A stretch of 64,000 nt of DNA from Octopus vulgaris. Lineage: Eukaryota. Shown one piece after another: positions 37,160-48,811 of this stretch. The notes beneath the pieces are model-generated. The model ran no database searches. It was not told where the DNA came from and was given only the letters and a program-made list of their open reading frames with translations. The stretch's first letter is position 1, and the number at the start of each line of letters is the position of its first letter. The DNA lies in assembly GCA_951406725.2 (NCBI GenBank), contig OX597822.1, positions 91,636,001-91,700,000 of the forward strand, read 5' to 3'. Both the position numbers and the translations under genes were made by a program.

Positions 37160-37660
37160 TGTTTAGTACATCAAAGGAGTGATATCAACAACAAATTCCT
37201 GGTAAAAGGTAAAAATGTCAAATATAAAAGACATATTACCCAACTTAAAAAAAGAGATTCATGGAAAAAATAGCCTCAAGAAATGGAATCCCCATGGAAC
37301 TAGTGTACGACACGTTTGATGTACCAACACCCAAACATTTTGAAATTACATGTTCTAGCATCAGAAAATGGAAAAGAATGGAAACACTGGAATTGAACCC
37401 TAAATGTAAAAGATATTAAACTCTGAGTGGAGTTCAATTCTCAAAAGGGGGAGATTGATTCTAAAAAGGGGAGACAGTGGACTGTCTCACTGTTATAAAG
37501 TAAAGAACTGTGAGTGATTGGCAGTTTGGGTTGGTAGGCAGTTCACTGTGAGCCTTTGATATAGAGCATTGAGTCTCATGTAATATTAATAGTAGTGCAT
37601 TGTGTGCGCCCTCTGCTTCATTATATTATATATCCAATACAAGGATATAAAAATATATAC
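37160..37660 (+). mobile_element. Possible Gypsy pol C-terminus, polypurine tract and LTR remnant
   Basis: PMELVYDTFDVPTP..RKWKRMETLELNPKCKRY*, followed by purine tract aaaaaggggaga. Confidence 0.35.
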
Positions 37661-37981
37661 ACCAGGTTCTTCAGTTGATAGGACTCTTGATCAAGACAGA
37701 TTTCTGCATTTTGGGAGGCAATTTATAATGCTTCAGTAAACTAAGCTTTTTGTTTTTCCATTTGGTGCATAGATGTAAAGACTTTTCTTAGCCTGCTGCT
37801 GACGTTTTGTGTGGGTTTTTTTTTGACTCTGTCACACTAATGAAATTCCTTATACACATGCTCTCTCTCACACATACAAACACAGAGCATGAGTAAGATA
37901 CATATATATATATACAATGAGGAAAGTGTAAATGAAAGAGATAGACAAAGAGAGAGAGAGAATAAGTTAGACATATATATA

Positions 37982-38020
<39 letters not shown>

Positions 38021-38248
38021 TTTCTGTTGCTGTCACTGATTTTGAAATTTTAAAAGTGAAAATTTTTCAATTTGGTATATTGATATACTTTTTCACACTG
38101 GAAAAGAGAGGGGAGGACATATTCATATTGATAACATCTATTGAATTCGACCCAACGATAATGAGTTAGATAATTTTATGAGTAATGTAGCATACAAAAG
38201 AGTGAAGAATTTTCAATGAAAAATGAAGAAAATAGTCATATGTATTAC

Positions 38249-38447
38249 CTCAAATCTTCGAGTTGGTAATATATATTTGTTCGTGGATCAACAATATAAA
38301 TCTTGTTTCTTGGGGATTCCATAAACTCCATTGTGAGTTTGTCAGCAAATGACCGTACAAAGAGAGCCCGGACAGTATCCAATGTTGTGATTTCATTTGG
38401 TAAGGATGCTTTTTTAGTTTCATCTTTATAGACTAAAAAAACTAACC
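38249..38447 (-). CDS. SRCIN1: Coding exon, AIP3-type domain of SRCIN1/KIAA1217-family protein
   Basis: ttttcag acceptor and gtaata donor. 199 nt, phase 1 to 2: GLVFLVYKDETKKASLPNEITTLDTVRALFVRSFADKLTMEFMESPRNKIYIVDPRTNIYYQLEDLR, matching the family motif PNEITS.DT.RALFV..F...LTM..LESP...IYI.D...N.YY.L.D.R. Not in the ORF track. Confidence 0.92.
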
Positions 38448-38559
38448 CTGAAAATCAAGAAAAAAAAATGAAAGAAAAACAAATAAGTGAATTCGAATGA
38501 ACTGTACAAAAATCTTACCATTACTTGATAAAACCTTACTATTTCATTATAAGCTTTCT

Positions 38560-39005
38560 CTATACTGGTCAGTTTTTTTTTTGCTTGGGTTTGCCATTTA
38601 TTATGGCTAATTCCTTTCCACTTCATGTTCCTTTTTGTAGTATCTCTGAATCTTCCTTGGTTTATTTTCCCCTTGCATAGTTGGGAGAAAAGGATTTGTC
38701 TGGAGAGTCTGTTGTTGTCCATCCTGTGTATGTGGCCCAACCAACGTAAATTTCAATCATAAGGATCTCTTCATTTCTGATCTTGTCAAAGAGAATAATA
38801 TTCATAAATTGTTGCAGCTATCTCATCATATATGTATGTAACTTGTCCAGGTTTCAGCTCCATACAGCAGGGAAGAAAATACTATAGTCTGGTATACTTT
38901 ACATTTGACACTTATAGCAACATGCCTATTTTTCCACAGTCTCTCTTGTAGCCTGCTAAATGAAGTACCAGCTCTGTTCGTTCTGCATGTGATTTCTTTA
39001 TTTGA
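38560..39005 (-). mobile_element. Decayed RTE/BovB-like LINE C-terminal fragment
   Basis: EITCRTNRAGTSFSRLQERLWKNRHVAISVKCKVYQTIV and RWLGHIHRMDNNRLSRQILFSQLCKG..GRFRDTTKRNMK. Confidence 0.7.
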
Positions 39006-39420
39006 AATTTAATTAAATTAAAATAGATGGATAAATTAGTATAGTTTTACTTAAAATCTCCAAGAAGTTAAGGAGATAGACAAAGAACATGCTGCCTTCA
39101 CTTCAGCTTAGAGTAGCTTCTAAGCTGAAGTGAAGGTAGCATGTTCTTTGTCTATCTTAACTTCTTGGAGATTTTAAGTAAAATTATACTAATGTGTCAT
39201 CTATTTTAATTTAATTAAATTCTGTCTTTGTGCAGCTGAGGATTGCTCTGCATTTAAATTGATGCAATGGTTGCATTGTTCATTTAAATGGAATTGCGTG
39301 AAACGATCGTACTGCAATTTTGATTTTAATCACCTTATTTTGAAATTGTATGGATAATACAATACTAAATTCTGGTGCCTCAACTTAGGTGCCATATTCA
39401 TCTGAATCAAAATTTTTGCT
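39006..39420 (+). mobile_element. Solo PLE pLTR with 5' fold-back (107-bp arms) and hammerhead
   Basis: Arms 39006-39112 and 39119-39221. The right arm continues into the pLTR family also seen at 23720-24283. Confidence 0.8.
39231..39316 (+). ncRNA. Type-I hammerhead motif
   Basis: tgcag CTGAGGA ttgc...gcgt GAAA c-gatc GTA ctgca. Perfect 5-bp stem I and palindromic CGATCG; stem II base is irregular. Confidence 0.65.
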
Positions 39421-40300
39421 GAATTCATCTACCATACCCAAACGATATATATATATATAGTTAAGTACAAAAAAAAAACAGATTCTAAATTTCAGAGGAC
39501 AATGAAAGTTAATTTTTCTTCATAAGAAAAGAATTTAATTTCATACACATGAAAATGTCCATTTTATATGTTATTAGTTGAAAAATATCCTCGTTTCTCT
39601 CAGTTTATATAATGTTATTACTTGTTCTATTCTTTGAAATGTTTATCAAAAATAAAGCATTTTTCTTAATTGTAAAAGACTATGAAAGGCAAATTAAAAT
39701 ATTGAGTAAAAAATGTAAAGTATGTCAACATGTCATACATCAAATTATACTCATACAAGCCTCTAATTAGCATCAGATGTAATTAACAAAATTACAAGAA
39801 CTGTCAAGAATATGGCTGTTGTACTCAGCAGCATAGATGGACTACAAGAAAATTTTTAAAGAAATGTTACTGATGATAAAACATACTAAATGCTGTTCTT
39901 TCCTTATGGTAGAAATGAGCAGAAAGTAGAAAATTAAACAAACAAATAAGCAAACATTGAAAAAGTATTAATTTTATATTTTAGCTGCTCAAGTTCTATT
40001 ATTTTTGTTTAAGTCAGAAGGGTTTGCAAGACCTTCACAAAAATAATAACAGGTGATTAATTATTAAAAAAAAAAATAACAACCCTAGTTGAGATCAAAG
40101 TATCTTAAAAGTAAAAGCAATGTCATGTTAAAATAAAAGTCATGCATCCAAGCATGCAGTTGTGCATGTTTTTCTATTTGCTTTACTCTACTTGACTGAA
40201 AATAGACACTATTCCAATTTCATAATTTCAAGATTGAAATGAAAACATTTGTTCCAACAATATCTGGAGTTCACGAATAAGATCAAAATTTCTACTTTAC

Positions 40301-40502
40301 CTAATGGCCGCTCAAATGTACTTGATGAGGAACGAATGATAGGAAGGCTTGATCTTAAATATTGACCTCTTTGTATGTTTCCAGCAGACGATGTTTCTAT
40401 ATCAGACATGGTACCATTGTCATCATACTCTACAGACTGGTTTAAGTTTGAGTTATAAGTCACTATAGTGGCACGCCGTCTTTGATCTCTTTGATGTGGA
40501 GC
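40301..40502 (-). CDS. SRCIN1: Coding exon of SRCIN1/KIAA1217 (p140Cap/Sickle tail)-family gene; most 5' exon seen in window
   Basis: Acceptor ttttag at 40503-40508 and donor gtaaag at 40295-40300. 202 nt, phase 0 to 1: APHQRDQRRRATIVTYNSN...YLRSSLPIIRSSSSTFERPL(G). Joins in frame to the AIP3-like exon. The symbol is a family assignment; the invertebrate gene may be co-orthologous to SRCIN1 and KIAA1217. Confidence 0.85.
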
Positions 40503-40711
40503 CTAAAAGATTCCAAAGAAAATAGACAAAATTCAGTTCATAAATCCATTTACTCTTGGAGAACAATAAAAAAAAGGAAAAGAAAAAAATGAATGGGTAG
40601 TTGATTGAATTTATGCAATTTTTCCCCTCTTCCAATCACCTTATTGAAGAAGCCTATACATGACCACTCAGATACTAGAAATAGTAACAAATTTGTTGCT
40701 TAACTTATATA

Positions 40712-40962
40712 CTCTCTCTTTACTCTTTTACTCATTTCAGTCATTTGACTGCGGCCATGCTGGAGTACTGCCTTTAGTCGAGCAAATTGAACCCAAGACT
40801 TATTCTTTGGAAGCCTAGTACTTATTCCATCGGTCTCTTTTTGCCAAACTGCTAAGTTACGGGGATGTAAACACACCACCATCAGTTGTCAAACGATATT
40901 GGAGGACAAACACAGACACACAAACATGCACACACACACACACACACACAAACATGCACGCA

Positions 40963-40995
<33 letters not shown>

Positions 40996-41310
40996 GTGTG
41001 TGTGTGTGTGTGTATGTATAAAAAATACAAACTGGGACAAGAACACAAAACATTTAGAAGATGATACAAAAGACATGGATGGGACATTCGAGGTCATCAA
41101 TCTTCAGTCAAGAACCGGATCATCCTCGCAATTTTGGCTGATACATATATATGATGGGCTTCTTTCAGTTTCTGTCTTTCAAATCCACTCACAAGACTTT
41201 TGTCGGACTGAGGCTATAGTAGAAGACACTTGCCCAAGGTGCCACGTAGTGGGAATGAACCCAGAACCATGTGGTTGGTAAGCAAGCTACTTACCACACA
41301 GCCACACCTG
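40712..41310 (-). mobile_element. Family-1 SINE interrupted by (CA)n and a PLE pLTR-like fragment (41020-41143)
   Basis: SINE tail at 40712-40925 and head at 41145-41310. The insert has a minus-strand CTGAAGA..cgaatgtc remnant. Confidence 0.75.
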
Positions 41311-41654
41311 GGCCTTTGATTTTTAATATTGACATTAAACATTAATTAAAATGTATTAATACCTTATACATTTTACTACACTTTGAATACTTTCTAATAC
41401 TATTTGGATTGCGTAATTATTTTGTTTTTAATAAAGCTTACTTATAAAAAAAAACCTATTTCGCATCAAAACAGCAACCTGCACACTATCTGACCAGTTT
41501 GTAATATTGTTATGCTTGTGTAGTTCAGCACTGTGTGCCTTTTATATGCTTGCATGAGGTGAGGATTATTTAAGATGGCTACCAGTTTCATGTATGGGAC
41601 AATCTTTATTGTGTGCCACTGTGATAACATTAGTGAATACGCTTTTTTTTTTTT

Positions 41655-42056
41655 TATTTGTTTCAGTCATTTTGACTGCGGCCATGCTGGAGCACCGCCT
41701 TTAGTCGAGCAAATCGACCCCGGGACTTATTCTTTGTAAGCCCAGTACTTATTCTATCGGTCTCTTTTGCTGAACCGCTAAGTTACGGGGACATAAACAC
41801 ACCAGCATCGGTTGTCAAGCAATGCTAGGGGGACAAACACTGACACACAAACATACACATGCATATATATATACATATATATACATATATACGATGGGCT
41901 TCTTTCAGTTTCCGTCTACCAAATCCACTCACAAGGCCTTGGTCGGCCCAAGGCTATAGTTTAAGACACTTGCCCAAAGTACCACGCAGTGGGACTGAAC
42001 CCGGAATCATGTGGTTGGTAAGAAAGCCACTTACCACACAGCCACTCCTGCGCCTC
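41655..42056 (-). mobile_element. Family-1 SINE, full length
   Basis: Near-identical to the other family-1 copies; ends actcctgcgcct. Confidence 0.85.
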
Positions 42057-42534
42057 TGAAGATTTGAAATTGCTTACTGCTGTAGACTTATAATAAATAC
42101 TGTAAATAAAACATCTCCCTCAAATAACATCCTGTTATTACAGAAAAGGATACATTGGATAATATAGTCCTGGATATACTGTTCTTGAAACTAAAGTGGT
42201 GTGATAATGCTGAAATACCTTTGATCATAAGTCTCCTCAATCAGGGCCAACCTTTAGTGAGGGAGATTATGTGGTTGCTTGATATGTTAGAAATTGCAAT
42301 TAAAAGCCCTCTGAATTACACTCTATTGTGTTAAATAAAGAAGGACACTTTGAATAATATAATGCTAGATGGAATGGTAAAGGTTAGCACACTTTTGATC
42401 AGAGATTTACTCAGTCAAGGGCTGACAAGGGATTAAGCAATAGCTTGTGAGCATGTTGTCAAAGCAATGTTAAAATCTTCAATGAAGAGGGAAAAAAAAA
42501 CTCAGAAAAGATAACTGTTAATATGTGGTCCCCT

Positions 42535-42755
42535 GAAGGCAGCAAGCTGGCAGAAACGTTAGCATGCTGAGTGAAATGCTTAGCAGTATTTTGTCTGTCT
42601 TTACGTTCTGAGTTTAAATTCCACTGAGATCGACTTTGCCTTTCATCTTTTCAGGGTTGATAAATTAAGTACCAGGTGCATACTGGGGTCAATCTAATCG
42701 ACTGGCCCCCTCCCCCAAAATTTCGGGCCTTGTGCCTAGAGCAGAAAAGAATATT
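42535..42755 (+). mobile_element. SINE family 3 (A/B-box head plus gactttgcctttcatc..gataaattaagtacc core)
   Basis: gaaggcagcaagctggcagaaacgttagc...gagtttaaattcc. Decayed relatives at about 270-410, 22150-22350, 32130-32270 and 35455-35605. Confidence 0.65.
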
Positions 42756-43133
42756 TGGTCTCCTGCCACCTAATACCATGTACTTTTATGTAATAAATGT
42801 TTTTGTTTTTAGTATCATGATGTACAGAAAAAGATGAGTTGAGTTAAATTTGTAATGCAGCACTTTAAAATATGCTGCACAACTTCACATATCCTAAACA
42901 CAATAAGTTATTTTGAAACTGACTTTGAATTTTACAGATATAAACTATAAAAGTGCTTTTGCTTTAAAGTCAATCTGTGGAAAGTAAACCAGTACAGAAG
43001 GATATTAAAAACATAATGCAGAATATAAAATCTTCTATTATGCTTCCATTTAAATACTTACGTTTTCCCAATAGAAATTTAGAAAATTACAGTTTATAAT
43101 AATATAATAATGAAATTATTGTATACAGTGCTC

Positions 43134-43480
43134 AGGTGCACCACAACTTGTCAGAAAGTGTGTATAAAGTGTATGCAGTAATGTACAAATGTCTGGAAAG
43201 CGAACAATGTATGAGTCAGATACATGCTTGTGTGTGTATGGAGGGGAGAAAATCAGGTGTAGTGTTGGCGAATCTCAGAAAGCATGGAAGTTTTGAAGGA
43301 TGCAGTGCCCCGACAACTAACAACTGATGCCGGCAGTTTGTTCCATGCTTCAGCAACTCTCAGCATGAAAAAATGTTTCCTAAAGTCATGGGAGCTGTGC
43401 TGTTTTCTGACTTTGTAAATATGCCCATGGGTGTTAGACGGGTGGAGTTTGAAAAGGTGCTCAGAGTTATTGTTTGTAAT
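43134..43480 (-). mobile_element. CR1-type LINE 3' end
   Basis: SEHLFKLHPSNTHGHIYKVRKQHSSHDFRKHFFMLRVAEAWNKLPASVVSCRGTASFK; typical of a CR1 ORF2 C-terminus. Confidence 0.8.
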
Positions 43481-43749
43481 GTTATTCTAACATTTACAGA
43501 AGTGTCTCTATCAGTTTATATTCACATTTTAATAATGATAGTATCTATGCATTATCCTATAGTAATAAGATATTTCTGTTTTGGGTTGTTACTAATGAAA
43601 TGATTTAGCTGAGTTGAGTTAAATGCAAATTTTTGTTTGAAATTTTAAATACAAAAATATTTTTTTATTGTTAAATCAGACAATGTATTATTGTCACATC
43701 CAATGACAGAAAAATGCTTAAAAAGTTAAAGCAATTATGAAGTCGAGAA

Positions 43750-43920
43750 TGACAATAGATGCAAGTGGTGCCCATCTAAAAATTTGATGATGGCAGTAGT
43801 CTGATGATGTTAATATGCACATGTCGAAACAGTACATCAAGTATTGAAAAAGTTGCTAGAGGAGATTTAACGTGGTGATGAACTTTTGCCTTCGGACAAG
43901 AGATACAACTTCGTAGAAGC
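43750..43920 (-). mobile_element. Gypsy integrase remnant (Zn-binding to catalytic-domain start)
   Basis: RSCISCPKAKVHHHVKSPLATFSILDVLFRHVHINIIRLLPSS resembles C..CQ.AKV.RH..SPL..F......F.HVHID+VGPLP.S. Confidence 0.65.
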
Positions 43921-44671
43921 GTCATCCAACCAAAATTCAAATATATGGGAAAATACCACCTGTGTCATTCTATTTGTGATATTGGAGGACATAAGTGAGG
44001 GGTTGCAGAAGTTCTGAACAGTGAAGAATAAACTGACAATAAAAACTGATCAAGCCAATAAACTATCTTAGTTTGTTTCAACAAAGTAGCAGAGAGGAAA
44101 ATCTAAAATTGACTGAACTCTGTTGCTGAGAAGGTGAGTTCTCTTTTCATCAATACACTGTCCTAGATGGTAGAGATGGAGTGTCAAACCAATTCGTCAA
44201 GGAAAGAGGATAAGAAAAGGATATAGACAGTGGATCCAGAAGAAGAGAGGAGAAGTTGAGGTTATGAGAGTGAGGGGGGAGAGTAACAGTTGCTATGAGA
44301 TGGGGGTAGAGGTGAACTGCTGAACAGATGTGGAGGTTCAGCTTGATGGGAAATATCAGTAGGGGGCAGGTAAGGTGAGAGAGACAGAAATGGCTCAGGG
44401 ATGATAAATCAAGAATAGGGGATGATGAAAAAGGTGTTGAAATTAGAGACTTTTTTAGTATTTTGTTAATGTTAGTTTCTTTTCTTTTTTTAGCCATTTT
44501 TTTTATATATTTGATTTTGAATAATTGTTGTTACATTATTTCATGGGAAATTTTTAACGTTATAAGGTTGTTTGTTGAGTTAGATATATTATTTGATTGG
44601 GTAAGTTGTAGTTTTAGAAGATTAGTTTGCTTGATTTCTAGATTGGTATGTATTTTCAGGGTTAGATGCAT

Positions 44672-45062
44672 AGAGGCGCAGGAGTGGCTGTGTGGTAAGT
44701 AGCTTGCTAACCAAACACATGGTTCCGGGTTCAGTCCCACTGCGTGGCATCTTGGGCAAGTGTCTTCTGCTATAGCCCCGGGCCGACCAATGCCTTGTGA
44801 GTGGATTTGGTAGACGGAAACTGAAAGAAGCCTGTCGTATATATGTATGTGTGTGTGTGTGTTTGTGTGTCTGAGTTTGTTCCCCTAGCATTGCTTGACA
44901 ACCGATGCTGGTGTGTTTACGTCCCCGTCACTTAGTGGTTCGGCAAAAGAGACCGATAGAATAAGTACTGGGCTTACAAAGAATAAGTCCCGGGGTCGAT
45001 TTGCTTGACTGAAGGCGGTGCTCCAGTCAAAATGACTGAAACAAGTAAAAGAGTAAAAGAGA
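44672..45062 (+). mobile_element. Family-1 SINE, full length
   Basis: aggcgcaggagtggctgtgtggtaag...ggttcagtccc...gagtaaaagag. Confidence 0.85.
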
Positions 45063-45497
45063 GGGAGATGTTAATGTTAAGTGATTTATGATGGTATTAA
45101 TATTATTTGTTTTGTCTATAATTTTTTTGATTTTTATTCCTAGATTTGTTAGTTTGATTTTGGGATGAGATGGATTAGGATTAGTATCACTTTGTCTAGT
45201 TATTTATTATCAGAATAATAAATCTTTGAGTGCAGGTATACTAACAGTGTTAATAAATCGAGTTGGAGATTGTTTTATTTTAGCTAGGATTAGTATTATA
45301 TCATTGTTAGGATATTGAAATTATTTATGTATTTGATATTTTTGGTTTTTTGACATTTGTATGGTTTTTGTAGCTATTGCTGGAATAACTAAAAGGGCTC
45401 GTAAAACAGTTAGAATATCATACTCTACTCTACCAAATATAAGTACCATCATAGCTAAATTAAATAGAAAAAAATTAAACTAGCCAGAAATGTTGGA

Positions 45498-45608
<111 letters not shown>

Positions 45609-45653
45609 TAATAATAATAAATGTTATTAAATAATAATAAATAATAATAATAA

Positions 45654-47371
45654 ATGCGGATATAAATGTTACGGCAAAACGATCAGCCACCTTTTATATA
45701 TGGATGACCTAAAACTATACGCTGCAAATGACAAACAGCTGGAAACACTATTACAGACAGTTCATGGATTTACCAAAGAAATAGATATGAAATTTGGATT
45801 AGAAAAATGCGCCAAAGTAACCATGAAAAGAGGAAAACTAGTTAAGAGTAACAACATCACACTAGATAAAACCAATGAAATAAAAGAATTAGACCAAAGC
45901 CAAACTTACAAATACTTAGGAATCCATGAACTAGATAAGACACAACACACACAAATGAAAGAGAAAATAAAAAAAGAATATTATAGACGAGTTAGATCAA
46001 TACTAAACACAGAGCTCAATGCTAAAAACAAGATAATAGGTATCAACACTTTAGCTGTCCCAGTTATAAGTTACAGCTACAATATCCTTAACTGGACACG
46101 AAATGAACTGGCCAAAATAGATAGGAAAACAAGAAAAATAATGACAGGATCTAGGATGCATCACCCAAAATCTGACATAGAAAGACTATATATACAACGT
46201 ATAGAAGGTGGTAGAGGCCTTATACAGCTGGAAAACTACTATAAAATAACCACCATAGGACTGCAAAAATATCTACTTCAGAAGGAAGGAAAACTGATCC
46301 AGATAGTGGCAAAACACGAGCAAAACAAAAAACTGTTCTCAGTATTTAAGGAAGCTGACAAATACAAACAAGAAATCATACCACCTAATAAACATGAAGA
46401 AGAAGAAGAAGAAGAAGAAGAAGAAGATGAAGAAACAACAAAAGCTATAAAACAAATGAAATCCAAACTAAAAACAGAACAGCAACGAACCATGATAAAA
46501 CGATGGCAAGAAAAGCCCCTTCATGGTAAATACTGCACTAAACTAAACGCAAAAGAAATAGATAAAGAAAAATCCCAGCAATGGTTGAGAAGCTCAGGAC
46601 TCAAAGCAGAAACAGAGGGATTTTTAATTGCAGCACAAGACCAAAGCCTCCCCACCAGAAATTACCAAAAACATGTAATGAAAAGAAATATTACAAGTAA
46701 CTGCAGAATATGTGGAGATGGACAAGAAACAATAAATCATATTATCTCTAGCTGCCCAGTCCTGGCTAAGAAGGAATATATTCACAGACATGACAGAGTT
46801 GGAACCTACATACATTGGAAGCTATGCCAACATTATGGAATAACAACAGAAAAAAGATGGTATAGGCACACACCAGAAAAGGTCACAGAAAATGAGAAAG
46901 CAACCATACTCTGGGATATGCCGATACACACAGATAGAGAAATTAAGGCCAACAGACCAGATATAGTTGTCAGAGATCATGAAGAAAAAAAATGCTTTTT
47001 AATTGATGTATCAATACCGGCAGATGACAACGTGTCTCTAAAAGAAATGTAGAAACTCTCAAAATACAAAGACCTGGAAATAGAGGTAACTAGAATGTGG
47101 AATCTGAAAACAGAAACAATTCCTATCATAGTAGGTGCATTAGGCATGATAAAAAAATATTCAGACAAATGCATAACAAAAACACCAGGACTTACAAACA
47201 CATATAACATACAGAAAATTGCACTACTAGGCACTGCCCACATCCTACGCAGAACACTTTCCATACAATAACCATCAGAGCATCACAACAAATCACAGCA
47301 CATACCCAAGGCACACAGAGCTGCGCTCGGTAGTGAAGTGAAAGCACGCTATAAAAATAAAAATAAAACTA

Positions 47372-47374
<3 letters not shown>
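45654..47374 (+). mobile_element. R4/Dong-clade non-LTR retrotransposon, 5'-truncated copy 1
   Basis: SHLLYMDDLKLY RT motif, CRICGDGQETINHIISSC zinc knuckle, RHD, and RPDIVV..LIDVSIP..KLSKY restriction-like endonuclease. Flanked by (TAA)n; premature TAG at 47050. Confidence 0.92.
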
Positions 47375-47409
<35 letters not shown>

Positions 47410-47411
<2 letters not shown>

Positions 47412-48780
47412 TTATAGACGAGTTAGATCAATACTAAACACAGAGCTCAATGCTAAAAACAAGATAATAGGTATCAACACTTTAGCTGTCCCAGTTATAA
47501 GTTACAGCTACAATATCCTTAACTGGACACGAAATGAACTGGCCAAAATAGATAGGAAAACAAGAAAAATAATGACAGGATCTAGGATGCATCACCCAAA
47601 ATCTGACATAGAAAGACTATATATACAACGTATAGAAGGTGGTAGAGGCCTTATACAGCTGGAAAACTACTATAAAATAACCACCATAGGACTGCAAAAA
47701 TATCTACTTCAGAAGGAAGGAAAACTGATCCAGATAGTGGCAAAACATGAGCAAAACAAAAAACTGTTCTCAGTATTTAAGGAAGCTGACAAATACAAAC
47801 AAGAAATCATACCACCTAATAAACATGAAGAAGAAGAAGAATATGAAGAAACAACAAAAGCTATAAAACAAATGAAATCCAAACTAAAAATAGAACAGCA
47901 ACGAACCATGATAAAACGATGGCAAGAAAAGCCCCTTCATGGTAAATACTGGACTAAACTAAACGCAAAAGAAATAGACAAAGAAAAATCCCAGCAATGG
48001 TTGAGAAGCTCAGGACTCAAAGCAGAAACAGAGGGATTTTTAATTGCAGCACAAGACCAAAGCCTCCCCACCAGAAATTACCAAAAACATGTAATGAAAA
48101 GAAATATTACAAGTAACTGCAGAATATGTGGAGATGGACAAGAAACAATAAATCATATTATCTCTAGCTGCCCAGTCCTGGCTAAGAAGGAATATATTCA
48201 CAGACATGACAGAGTTGGAACCTACATACATTGGAAGCTATGCCAACATTATGGAATAACAACAGAAAAAAGATGGTATAGGCACACACCAGAAAAGGTC
48301 ACAGAAAACGAGAAAGCAACCATACTCTGGGATATGCCGATACACACAGATAGAGAAATTAAGGCCAACAGACCAGATATAGTTGTCAGAGATCATGAAG
48401 AAAAAAATGCTTTTTAATTGATGTATCAATACCGGCTGATGACAACGTGTCTCTAAAAGAAATGGAGAAACTCTCAAAATACAAAGACCTGGAAATAGAG
48501 GTAACTAGAATGTGGAATCTGAAAACAGAAACAATTCCTATCATAGTAGGTGCATTAGGCATGATAAAAAAATATTCAGACAAATGCATAACAAAAACAC
48601 CAGGACTTACAAACACATATAACATACAGAAAATTGCACTACTAGGCACTGCCCACATCCTACGCAGAACACTTTCCATACAATAACCATCAGAGCATCA
48701 CAACAAATCACAGCACATACCCAAGGCACACAGAGCTGCGCTCGGTAGTGAAGTGAAAGCACGCTATCAAAATAAAACTA

Positions 48781-48783
<3 letters not shown>
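47410..48783 (+). mobile_element. R4/Dong-clade non-LTR retrotransposon, 5'-truncated copy 2
   Basis: Nearly identical to 45980-47374. Shorter (GAA)n, 1-bp deletion in the A-run at about 48405, same 3' UTR followed by (TAA)n. Confidence 0.92.

Positions 48784-48811
<28 letters not shown>

Noticed and set aside
40453-40635. ORF-track peptide overlapping the 40301-40502 exon
   Set aside because: Wrong frame; the splice-consistent frame is APHQRDQRRR..., which joins the AIP3 exon.
44400-45395. Minus-strand Asn/Lys-rich coding remnant
   Set aside because: Compositionally PLE-like but with many stops and no recognisable motif; left unannotated.
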